From Anaerolineae bacterium (lineage in GTDB: Bacteria > Chloroflexota > Anaerolineae > B4-G1 > DUEL01), in assembly GCA_041082215.1 (NCBI GenBank), contig JBDOIF010000093.1, positions 69,504 through 133,503 of the forward strand: a DNA stretch of 64,000 nucleotides, written 5' to 3'. Positions within the stretch are counted from its first letter, which is position 1. Each line of letters opens with the position of its first letter. Shown here in pieces: positions 22,483-31,865 of the stretch. The notes beneath the pieces were generated by a model. That model was not told where the DNA came from. It saw only the letters and a program-made list of their open reading frames with translations, and made no database searches. A program made the translations under genes and the position numbers.

Positions 22483-23268
22483 CTACACCCCTCCTTCCTG
22501 GGGTCCCACACTCACCCGGACTGCCTCCTCGCCGTAGATTTCCTTAAATTCCTCGTCCGTCATCCGGCGGATGTCCTCCCGGCTCCCCCGGTAGACGATG
22601 CGGCCCTCCCGCAGGCCGATCACCCGTGTGGCGTACCGCTGTACCAGGTCCAGGTAGTGAAGGCTACACAGGACCGTGATCCCTTCATCCCGGTTCAGTT
22701 GCTCCAGGTAGCCCAGGATCGAGTGGGCCAGCACCGGGTCCAGGCTGGCCACCGGCTCATCAGCGAGGATCATTTTGGGCTGCTGCATCAGGGCACGGGC
22801 GATCCCCACCCGCTGTTGCTGCCCTCCGCTCAGCTCGTCGGCCCGCTTATGAGCCTGGTCGGCGATGCCCACCCGTTCCAGTGCCCGCATCGCCATCTCC
22901 ATATCCTCCCGCGGGAAATGGTGTACCAGACTGGCCCACGGGTTGACGTACCCCAGCCGTCCGGCGAGGACGTTGGTCAGCACGGTGGAGCGCCTGACCA
23001 GGTTGAACTGCTGGAAGACCATCCCGATCTGCCGGCGGATCTGGCGGAGCTGGACGGGGTCGGCCGCCGTGATGTCCACCCCGTTCCAGATCACCTGCCC
23101 CTCCGTCGGCTCGATGAGCCGATTGATGCACCGCAGCAGGGTGGACTTGCCGGAGCCGCTCAGGCCGATGATGACCAGAAACTCCCCGTCCTCCACGGTA
23201 AAGCTGACATCGCGTAACGCGACCGTCCCATCTTCATAAATCTTGGTCAGATTCCGGACTTCAAGCAT
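22483..23268 (-). CDS. phnC: Phosphonate ABC transporter ATPase
   Basis: [27 protein letters not shown]. Confidence 0.92.
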   Translation of the reverse strand: MLEVRNLTKIYEDGTVALRDVSFTVEDGEFLVIIGLSGSGKSTLLRCINRLIEPTEGQVIWNGVDITAADPVQLRQIRRQIGMVFQQFNLVRRSTVLTNVLAGRLGYVNPWASLVHHFPREDMEMAMRALERVGIADQAHKRADELSGGQQQRVGIARALMQQPKMILADEPVASLDPVLAHSILGYLEQLNRDEGITVLCSLHYLDLVQRYATRVIGLREGRIVYRGSREDIRRMTDEEFKEIYGEEAVRVSVGPQEGGV

Positions 23269-23340
23269 CCCTGCCCCCGTTGATGCGAGGGGGGACCCGT
23301 GGCCCCCCCTCGCGTGTTCCATCCCGACCGTCCCGCCGGC

Positions 23341-24255
23341 CTACTTCTGCACCAGTTCCTCGATGCTCATGCCAGAGGCCTGGAGGACCTGCCGGAACGG
23401 ATCGTAGAAGGAGTCATCCGCCTGGATCAGGCCGGACCACTGATAGGCGGTGCTCAGCGCTTCCTTGCCCGCATCGGTCCCGGCGATGGCCAGCAGGCCC
23501 TGCACGATCTTATCCCGCAGCTCCGGCGGCATGGAGGGAACGAACTGGACGCCGTCGTTGGGGATGTCCTCGGTGACCTCGAGGACGACGACCTTCTCCA
23601 TCACATCGGGATGGTCGGCCTCGATACGGGTGCGGGCGTCCACATAGGTAGCTCCGGCGTCGCACTCGCCGTTGTAGACGGCAGCGACGACCGCATCATG
23701 GGCACCGGCATCCACGATCTCCGCCAGGTCGGTCTCCGGGTTGATTCCGGCGGCCCGCATCGTCAGCATCGGGATGATCCAGCCGCTGGTGGAGAGGGGA
23801 TCGGGCCGACAGAAGGTCTTCCCCTTCAGGTCCTGAAGGCTGGTGATGCCGCTGTCGGCGCGGACGATGATCTGGCCGTTGTAGGTGGGGCTGCCGTAGC
23901 GGACAGAGACCAGAGCGGCCTCGGCGCAGCCACGGTCGGCGGCCAGGACGTAGGCAAAAGTCGCCAGCGAGCCCATATGGGCCTCAGGCGGGTCGCTGCA
24001 CATCGCCTCGACGACGCCGGCATACTCAGTGGCGACGGTGGTCTTAAAGTAGAGGCCCGTCTGCTGATGCAGAAGGTCCGCCACCTGCTGGGCGCCAGCC
24101 GCTACCCGCTCCATCTCGCCGGAGGGGACGAACGCCCAGACGATGGGGTTCTCCTCCGACCCCAGCTCCGGCGCCTTCGGCTTGCAGCCACCCATAACGA
24201 TAACTGAAAGGACCAGGATCAGGGCCATAGCAGCCCAAAGGGTCTTCTTGGACAT
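23341..24255 (-). CDS. phnD: Phosphate/phosphite/phosphonate-binding lipoprotein
   Basis: Signal peptide with Cys, DPLSTSG, HDAVV, IPND; first gene of phnDCE. Confidence 0.88.
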   Translation of the reverse strand: MSKKTLWAAMALILVLSVIVMGGCKPKAPELGSEENPIVWAFVPSGEMERVAAGAQQVADLLHQQTGLYFKTTVATEYAGVVEAMCSDPPEAHMGSLATFAYVLAADRGCAEAALVSVRYGSPTYNGQIIVRADSGITSLQDLKGKTFCRPDPLSTSGWIIPMLTMRAAGINPETDLAEIVDAGAHDAVVAAVYNGECDAGATYVDARTRIEADHPDVMEKVVVLEVTEDIPNDGVQFVPSMPPELRDKIVQGLLAIAGTDAGKEALSTAYQWSGLIQADDSFYDPFRQVLQASGMSIEELVQK

Positions 24256-24482
24256 CTCTTACTTCCTCCCTATTGATTTTCCCCTGCAGATAGCCCAGCT
24301 TTACCTTTTCCCAAAGGTTTTTGTCTTTCCGGGCATCCCCCCTTTCCTGGAAGGTTGCTCCTTCGACTGCTCAGGGCTGAGCGGGACAGGGTGTTCGAGG
24401 GAAGATCGGAAACGCCTCTTTCAGGCCCCGCCCGAGCTGGTGGAGATGCTTCTATAATACACCGAATGCTCCAGGCACACAA

Positions 24483-24622
24483 GTAGGGGCGACCGGCAGG
24501 TCGCCCTTACCCGGGGGCGACCAGCAGGCCGCCCTTATCCGGGGGCGACCGGCAGGTCGCCCTTACCCGGGGGCGACCGGCAGGTCGCCCTTACCCGGGG
24601 GCGACCAGCAGGCTGCCCCTGC
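24483..24622. repeat. Tandem array of five 28-nt GTAG-type REP-like palindromes
   Basis: GTAGGGGCGACCGGCAGGTCGCCCTTAC then four CCGGGGGCGACCrGCAGGyyGCCCyTry units, no spacers. Confidence 0.9.
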
Positions 24623-24627
24623 CTTCA

Positions 24628-25911
24628 TCATGGCGTTTCGATGTACAGGAAAACCGGATCAACGTTGGAATTCACCGCGGCGATCTCCACATCCTCGTGG
24701 ATAAGGCCGGCCCAGCAGTACTGGGGGTTGCGAGCTCTGATCACATCCACAAAGCGAATCCCCCCGGTCACCACCGCCCGGGTAAAGGGGGGGAGGTAAA
24801 GATGCCCCTCCTCATCCCTCACCAGCACGCTGGAATCCCCCACAGCCCACCGCCAGGGGTAGTCAATCTGGGCGTTCTCACAGTGGATGCCCACCCGGAA
24901 AACGCCCGATTGGATCGTTTCCCCCAGCGTGGCGTAATTCTGGTCGCTCTCGTAAACAGTGCCCGGCAGGGGGCCGCTGGTGCGGATGGGGGTGGCACTG
25001 TCGTTCTCCACCGTCAGCGTAAAGTAAAGGGTCCCGCTCAACGGAATGCTGGTGGCCGACCATTCCACCTCTCCGTTGAGGATGTAGGCCTTGGGGACCC
25101 CGCCGTTCTGGATGGTCAGGGTAGTCGTGGCTACAGTGTGCTGGCCGACGGCATCCTGCGCCTCCGCGTACACAGTGTACGCTCCGTCGGGCGGAGGCTC
25201 CGCCCCCAGGTCCACCCCGGCATCGTAGTCAAAGTGGTGGGGACCGGCCTCCCCCGGCCGGGAGGGGCTCCTCTCATCCTCCGCCACGTGGTAACGGACC
25301 CCGTCCTCCCCCATCAGGTAGACCGTGAGGGAGGCGTAGTTTTTGGTCACGAAGACCTCCATCTGCGCCCGGTCGCTGATGCCGTCCCGGTTGGGGGTGA
25401 AGACGGGGGGCACCGCGCTGAAGTTCAGAAGCTCCGGCAACGCAGTGTCTGCCTCGGCGATGGTGAGGGTACCGGTCACCTGCTCGGTATGGCCTGTCCC
25501 GTCGGTGGCCTCCACCACCCAGGTATAAACCCCATCCTGCAGCACCCTCCGGGTCACCGCGAAGCCACTGAACTGCTCCCCGGGCAGGGTGTAGCCGTCC
25601 ACCACACCGGAGAAGTAGACAGAGTAGGGTTCATCAGCCGAGGGGGCGCGGGGCTCGCGATCGCGGAAGCTATACCGCCTTCCCTCTGCATCCAGAAAGT
25701 AAATGGAAAGCAGCGCCGACCGGGAGAGCCGGTACTGGATGCGCAGCACATCATCCTCTCCGTCGGCGTTAGGGGTGATGCGGTCCTTAGAAAAGGATAC
25801 GTCGGAAAGGAGCGGCTTCTCCCCGCAGCCGACGAGCAGGGAGAGGGCGATCCCCAGGCCGATAACGAGCAGGAGCCACCTGTTTACTATACGCCTCTCG
25901 TGATTCGTCAT
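24628..25911 (-). CDS. Hypothetical lipoprotein with two related Ig-like repeats
   Basis: Lipobox LVGC; ITPNADGEDD...DGVYTW and FTPNRDGISD...DGAYTV repeats; true start uncertain. Confidence 0.75.
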   Translation of the reverse strand: MTNHERRIVNRWLLLVIGLGIALSLLVGCGEKPLLSDVSFSKDRITPNADGEDDVLRIQYRLSRSALLSIYFLDAEGRRYSFRDREPRAPSADEPYSVYFSGVVDGYTLPGEQFSGFAVTRRVLQDGVYTWVVEATDGTGHTEQVTGTLTIAEADTALPELLNFSAVPPVFTPNRDGISDRAQMEVFVTKNYASLTVYLMGEDGVRYHVAEDERSPSRPGEAGPHHFDYDAGVDLGAEPPPDGAYTVYAEAQDAVGQHTVATTTLTIQNGGVPKAYILNGEVEWSATSIPLSGTLYFTLTVENDSATPIRTSGPLPGTVYESDQNYATLGETIQSGVFRVGIHCENAQIDYPWRWAVGDSSVLVRDEEGHLYLPPFTRAVVTGGIRFVDVIRARNPQYCWAGLIHEDVEIAAVNSNVDPVFLYIETP

Positions 25912-25950
25912 TCGTCATTCGTCAGCAGCCGCCAGCAACCAGCAACCAGC

Positions 25951-27144
25951 TCACGCATCGCTCAGCACCGCCACACCGGGCAGCGTCTTCCCTTCCAGAA
26001 ACTCCAGGCTGGCCCCGCCGCCGGTGGAGATGTGGGTGAAGCGGTCGGCCAGGCCGCTCTGCTGGACGGCTGCGACCGAGTCGCCGCCACCGACGATGGT
26101 GATGGCGTCCAGCCGGGCCAGGACCTCCGCCAGGGCAAAGGTGCCTTTGGCAAAAGCGGGGTCCTCAAACATCCCCAGAGGGCCGTTCCAGACCACGGTG
26201 CGGGCTCCCGCCAGGGCGGACTCGAAGGTGGAGAGCGTCTTCGGCCCCACATCCAGCACCCGCCAGCCGGAGGGAACCCCGTCGGGGGCGACCACCCGCG
26301 GGCGCAGTTCAGCCGCGTCCTTACCGGACTCGGCGATCACCACGTCCACCGGCAGCACCAGCCGGCTCCGGCCCCGTTCCAGAAGCTCTCGCGCCGTCTC
26401 CACAGCCTCCTCTTCGACCAGGGAGTCTCCCATCTCAAAGCCCATCGCCTTGAAGAAGGTATTCGCCATTCCACCGCCGATGAGGAGCCGGTCGCATTGT
26501 TCCAGCAGCCGCCGGACGACGCCGATCTTATCGGAAATCTTGGCCCCGCCCAGGATGGCGACGAAGGGGCGTTCGGGTTCCTCCACCGCGCGGCCGAGGA
26601 AGGTCAGCTCCTTTTCCATCAGGAAGCCGGCCACCGCCTCGCCGCCCTTTTCGCGGATAGCGCGGGCTATCCCCTCCGTAGAGGCGTGGGCGCGGTGGGC
26701 AGCGCCGAAAGCATCATTGACATAAAGATCGCCCAGCGCGGCCAGTTGGGCGGCGAAGTGGGGGTCGTTATCCGACTCGCCGGGGTAGAAGCGGGTGTTC
26801 TCCAGAAGGATCACCTCCCCCGGCTTGAGGGTCCGGCAGACCGCCTCCACCTCCGGCCCGACGCAGTCGTCCAGCTTCCGTACCGGCCGGCCCAGCAGCT
26901 CACTCAGGCGGACCGCCACCGGGTTCATCCGCAACTCCTCCACCACTTTCCCCTTGGGGCGGCCCAGGTGGGACATCAGGATGACGGCTGCGCCGTGGTC
27001 GAAGAGGTACTGGAGGGTGGGCAGGGCAGCCCGGATGCGGGTATCGTCGGCCACCGCGCCCTCCTTCAACGGCACGTTGAAGTCCACCCGCACCAGCACC
27101 CGCTTACCGGAGACATCCACGTCACGCACAGTCTTCTTGTTCAT
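25951..27144 (-). CDS. pgk: Phosphoglycerate kinase
   Basis: [51 protein letters not shown]. Confidence 0.97.
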   Translation of the reverse strand: MNKKTVRDVDVSGKRVLVRVDFNVPLKEGAVADDTRIRAALPTLQYLFDHGAAVILMSHLGRPKGKVVEELRMNPVAVRLSELLGRPVRKLDDCVGPEVEAVCRTLKPGEVILLENTRFYPGESDNDPHFAAQLAALGDLYVNDAFGAAHRAHASTEGIARAIREKGGEAVAGFLMEKELTFLGRAVEEPERPFVAILGGAKISDKIGVVRRLLEQCDRLLIGGGMANTFFKAMGFEMGDSLVEEEAVETARELLERGRSRLVLPVDVVIAESGKDAAELRPRVVAPDGVPSGWRVLDVGPKTLSTFESALAGARTVVWNGPLGMFEDPAFAKGTFALAEVLARLDAITIVGGGDSVAAVQQSGLADRFTHISTGGGASLEFLEGKTLPGVAVLSDA

Positions 27145-27163
27145 CGGCAATCTCCTCAGGCCA

Positions 27164-27194
27164 GGTGACGGCCACCTCAAAGGTGACCGTCACC
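27164..27194. repeat. 14-bp hairpin between gap and pgk
   Basis: GGTGACGGCCACCT-CAA-AGGTGACCGTCACC, one mismatch, no U-tract. Confidence 0.7.
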
Positions 27195-27210
27195 CGACCA
27201 GCCCTGAATC

Positions 27211-28233
<1,023 letters not shown>

Positions 28234-28277
28234 CTAGCCTTTGTTTTAGCGTTAGCCTGTCCGTTTGTTCCTTCTAA

Positions 28278-28388
28278 CTACTGCCCAAGCTGATCCAGGA
28301 AAATGAGGTGGTAAGCGATCACGATTCGGCCCTCCTCATCATCCGGTCGGCTGCTGTACTGTTCGAGGGCAGTGTACAGCTCTTTCAT
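28278..28388 (-). CDS. Candidate 36-aa small ORF
   Basis: MKELYTALEQYSSRPDDEEGRIVIAYHLIFLDQLGQ; ATGA overlap with the yvcK stop and an upstream GGAGG. Confidence 0.35.
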   Translation of the reverse strand: MKELYTALEQYSSRPDDEEGRIVIAYHLIFLDQLGQ

Positions 28389-29674
28389 CCCTGCCGCCCC
28401 TCCAGAAGCCGCATCAGGACCCTGGCCAGCCGCTCGCTGTCGTGCCGCCAGGGGCGGACCGGGTCAACCACGTCGGCTGTGTAGAGGGTGTAGCCGGCCC
28501 CATCCGGCACCTCAAGCCGCACCGGTTCGACCCCATCCGGAAGCGCTCCGGCGTGGGCGAAGTTGTCGTTGGCCAGGACCAGGGGGAAAAGGCCCGGCCC
28601 CAGGTGCCGCTCCAGCGCCGCCACGTGGTCCCCCACCGTGTAGCCGTCGGTTTCCCCCCGCTGGGTAGCCACGTTGCAGACGTAAACCCGCAGGGCGCGG
28701 CTGGCGGCCACCGCCTGGGCGATCTCCTGCACCAGCATGTTGGGCAGGAGGCTGGTGTAGAGAGATCCTGGACCCAGGACGATCAGGTCCGCATCCAGGA
28801 TCGCCCGCACCGCCTCGGGATAGGCGGGCGCGTCGTCCGGCTCCAGATAGACCCGCTCGATGACGCCCGGGGCCTCGGTGATCCGGGATTCGCCCGTCAC
28901 CCGGTTGAGGCCCTCCGCCTCCTCCCGCAGGTCCCCCAGCAGGGTGACGCTCCGGAGGGTGCTGGGGATCACCCGCCCCTGCACCGCCAGCACGCGGCTG
29001 GATTCCAGGACAGCCCGCTCGAAGGAGCCGGTCACCTCGGCCATTGCGGTGATGAACAGGTTGCCAAAGTTGTGGCCGTCCAGCCCGGCCTCCCCTGAGG
29101 TGCTGGGGAAGCGGTAGCGGAAGAGCTGGGTCATCAGCGCTTCGTCGTCGGCCAGAGCTGCAATGCAGTTGCGGATGTCGCCGGGGGGCAGAACCCCCAG
29201 GGCGCGCCGAAGGCGGCCGGAGCTCCCCCCGTCATCGGCCACCGTGACAATAGCGGTGATGTGGGAGGTGTAGGCCTTCAGGCCCCGCAGAAGGGTGGAA
29301 AGACCATGTCCACCACCGATGGCAACCACCTTCGGCCCCCGGTCCCTCAACCGATGCTGATACAGGATCTCCACCATCTCCCCCCGCCGCCAGTGGAAGG
29401 GGGCCAGAAGCGTCCGGTTCAATCCTGCCAGGCCAGCGACGACCAGCCCCAGGCCCGCCAGGCTGAAGACGAGCGCCCGCGCCCAGGTGGGGAAAGCACT
29501 CAGAGAAGAGAGACTCCGAGAGACGAGGGAAATGGGGGGTACCTGCCAGAGCAACGTCCCCACCCCAACGCCTGCCAGCGCAATACCGACCGCCATGGTC
29601 AGCAACCACCGCTTGACGCCCAGGCCAGGCCGGAGCCATCTCAGATTTGAGCGAAGCCAAACCGGGATACGCAT
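28385..29674 (-). CDS. yvcK: YvcK/GlmR (CofD-related) protein with N-terminal TM segments
   Basis: IGGGHGLS, TVADDGGSSGRLR, PPGDIRNC, GHNFGNL, GPGSLYTS; alternative start 29716. Confidence 0.9.
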   Translation of the reverse strand: MRIPVWLRSNLRWLRPGLGVKRWLLTMAVGIALAGVGVGTLLWQVPPISLVSRSLSSLSAFPTWARALVFSLAGLGLVVAGLAGLNRTLLAPFHWRRGEMVEILYQHRLRDRGPKVVAIGGGHGLSTLLRGLKAYTSHITAIVTVADDGGSSGRLRRALGVLPPGDIRNCIAALADDEALMTQLFRYRFPSTSGEAGLDGHNFGNLFITAMAEVTGSFERAVLESSRVLAVQGRVIPSTLRSVTLLGDLREEAEGLNRVTGESRITEAPGVIERVYLEPDDAPAYPEAVRAILDADLIVLGPGSLYTSLLPNMLVQEIAQAVAASRALRVYVCNVATQRGETDGYTVGDHVAALERHLGPGLFPLVLANDNFAHAGALPDGVEPVRLEVPDGAGYTLYTADVVDPVRPWRHDSERLARVLMRLLEGRQG

Positions 29675-29725
29675 AAAGGGACTCCCGGCGGGGGTAATCT
29701 TTCTGACCCGCCCCATGCCGGAGCC

Positions 29726-29754
29726 ATTATAACCGAAGGGAGCGGAGACGTCAA
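29726..29754 (-). promoter_or_regulatory. Promoter for yvcK(-gap-pgk)
   Basis: TTGACG-17 nt-TATAAT. Confidence 0.8.
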
Positions 29755-29759
29755 CAACA

Positions 29760-29783
29760 CAGGACAAGCTGAAGCTTGTCCTG
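29760..29783. promoter_or_regulatory. Perfect 11-bp inverted repeat, candidate operator
   Basis: CAGGACAAGCT-GA-AGCTTGTCCTG between two divergent -35 boxes. Confidence 0.5.
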
Positions 29784-29793
29784 CAGGGGCAGG

Positions 29794-29821
29794 TTGACTT
29801 GTGGAAGGCCCTGAATATACT
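29794..29821 (+). promoter_or_regulatory. Promoter for the alpha/beta hydrolase
   Basis: TTGACT-16 nt-TATACT. Confidence 0.65.
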
Positions 29822-29881
29822 CGGCAAGGTGGGCAAAGGCTGACCACCGGCTATCGCAATTTGTCTGGAGGGGGGAGACCT

Positions 29882-30649
29882 ATGGCAGTCGTGCGCGTGC
29901 GAGGAAATGACCTCTTTTATGCCGCCAGCGGGGAGGTAGGGCCGACCGTCGTGCTGATCCACGGAGCGGGGGGGAACCACCTGCACTGGCCCCCTTCCCT
30001 CCGCACCCTACCCGGCGCCCGCGTCTGTGCCCTCGACCTGCCGGGGCACGGTCGTTCGGGCGGCGCAGGCCGAAAGGAGATCGGGGAATATGCGGCGGAT
30101 GTCGTCGGCCTTCTGGACGGGCTGGGGGTGGAGCGAGCGGTGCTCATCGGCCACTCAATGGGGGGCGCGATCGCCCAGAGCCTGGCCCTTACCTACCCCG
30201 AACGGGCAGCCGGCCTCGTCCTGGTGGGTACAGGGGCCCGGCTGCGCGTGGCCCCGGCCATCCTGGACGGCATCCGCCAGGACTTCCACAGCGTGGTCCG
30301 GCTGATCACGGAATGGGCCTGGGGCCAGGGAGCCGACCCGGCTCTGGTAGAAAAGGGCCGGGAGCTGATGGAAGAGGTTGACCCCGAGGTGCTGCTGGGC
30401 GATTTCCTGGCCTGCGACCGCTTCGATATCCGGGAGCAGGCCGCCCGGATCGCCGCGCCGACGCTGGTGATCACCGGCTCGGAGGACCGGATGACCCCTC
30501 CCCGATTCGGGGAGTGGCTGGCCGAACACATCCCCGCGGCCCGTTTCCTCCTGATCGAAGGTGCAGGCCACATGGTCGCCCTGGAGAAGCCGTCAGAGGT
30601 CTCCACCGCGGTTCAGGCCTGGCTGAAGGAAACAGGTCTTTCCGGGTAG
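29882..30649 (+). CDS. Alpha/beta-fold hydrolase
   Basis: LIHGAGG, DLPGHG, GHSMGG, GSED, AGH triad. Confidence 0.92.
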   Translation: MAVVRVRGNDLFYAASGEVGPTVVLIHGAGGNHLHWPPSLRTLPGARVCALDLPGHGRSGGAGRKEIGEYAADVVGLLDGLGVERAVLIGHSMGGAIAQSLALTYPERAAGLVLVGTGARLRVAPAILDGIRQDFHSVVRLITEWAWGQGADPALVEKGRELMEEVDPEVLLGDFLACDRFDIREQAARIAAPTLVITGSEDRMTPPRFGEWLAEHIPAARFLLIEGAGHMVALEKPSEVSTAVQAWLKETGLSG

Positions 30650-30671
30650 CAGGTACCTTTAGCCCGTCCTT

Positions 30672-31865
30672 TCACCGTTTGAGCAGGCGGGCCGTGACCA
30701 GCCCGGCGACGGAGAAGAGAAGAGCGGCAGCCAGGAAGGGCACCCGCAGATTCCCCATCACGGCCAGCGTGGTCCCGACCATCGGAGCCACAGCATTGGC
30801 CACCGAAACGACCGTCGCATCCATTCCGTAGACGGCTCCCTCCCGCCCCTCGGGCGCCAGGCTGGCGAGGGTGGCGCTGAGGGTGGCCAGGATCCCTCCC
30901 ATCGCCAGGCCACTGGCAGCCTGCAGCAGGGTCAGCTGGACCATGTCGGTGGTGAAGAACTGGGCGCCGTAGAAGATGGAGGAAGCCATAGCGCAGAGGA
31001 GAAGGACCTGACGGCGACCGATCCGGTCGCTGGCGCGGCCAAGGGCGAGGGCGCCGACGGCCCCCGCCGCTGCATTGGTGCCCCGCACCACACCGGCCAG
31101 GGTGGCCACCCGGCCGGAAGAGGCGACGGCCTGTATAAAGAGAGGGAGGATCGGTTCCAGCAGGCGGCTGGCCGTGCGCATCATCAGCCGGACGCTGAAG
31201 GCGTTACGGAGGGAGGAGGAGAAGAGCACCAGTCTGAAATCCTCCCATATCGCCCGCCACCCCTTCTGAGCGGAGCGAGGGGGCGGGCGGAAATCCTCCT
31301 GCACCAAGAAGGCGACCAGCAACCCGCCGATCAGAAGAAGCCCGCTGGTGGTCCAGAAAGCGGCGCGGAAGCCCAGCGTGTCGGTGATAAGTCCGCCCAC
31401 CAGAGGGCCCACCGAAGCCCCGCTGTAGATCCCCATCTGGAGGATCCCCAGCGCATAGCCGGTGCGGTCGCGGGGAGCGGTGCTGGCAACCAGGGTGTTG
31501 GCGGCTGTGACAGTCCCGGTGAGCATCCCCTGCAGGGTCCGTAACAGGGCCAGTTGCTGCACACTCTGAGCAAACCCCATCAGGCCAATGACCACTGCCC
31601 CCCCGAACATCGCCCGTTCCACCATCAGCTTCCGCCCGTACTGATCGGCCAGTGCCCCCCAGATGGGAGACATCACCGCCATGGCTACTGCATGGGCGGA
31701 GAAGATCATCCCGGACCAGAAGGTCACCGCGTCCGGGTCGCTGATGCCCAGCTCCCGAACGTAGAGGGGGAGGATGGGGATGACCACCGTAAAGCCAATG
31801 ATGGATGTCAGCTCAGCAAACCAGACGATCCAGAGGTTCCGCTGCCAGGGTGTTTGGATTTTCAT
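30672..31865 (-). CDS. MFS transporter (DHA1/MdtG-like)
   Basis: WQRNL, PILPLYV, WGALADQYGRK, GRASDRIGRR; about 12 TM. Confidence 0.9.
   Translation of the reverse strand: MKIQTPWQRNLWIVWFAELTSIIGFTVVIPILPLYVRELGISDPDAVTFWSGMIFSAHAVAMAVMSPIWGALADQYGRKLMVERAMFGGAVVIGLMGFAQSVQQLALLRTLQGMLTGTVTAANTLVASTAPRDRTGYALGILQMGIYSGASVGPLVGGLITDTLGFRAAFWTTSGLLLIGGLLVAFLVQEDFRPPPRSAQKGWRAIWEDFRLVLFSSSLRNAFSVRLMMRTASRLLEPILPLFIQAVASSGRVATLAGVVRGTNAAAGAVGALALGRASDRIGRRQVLLLCAMASSIFYGAQFFTTDMVQLTLLQAASGLAMGGILATLSATLASLAPEGREGAVYGMDATVVSVANAVAPMVGTTLAVMGNLRVPFLAAALLFSVAGLVTARLLKR

Noticed and set aside
24256..24480. Glycine riboswitch or 70-aa ORF upstream of phnD
   Set aside because: Only CGAAGGAGCAA resembles the aptamer and the GGAGA and UCAGG elements are missing; the ORF lacks an SD and motifs.
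24483..24622. CRISPR array
   Set aside because: The 28-nt units are contiguous with no unique spacers, and there are no cas genes in the window.
24697..27168. 823-aa plus-strand ORF and similar long antisense ORFs (45525-48137, 12340-14109, 61708-63618)
   Set aside because: They lie opposite well-supported genes and are expected from high-GC codon bias.
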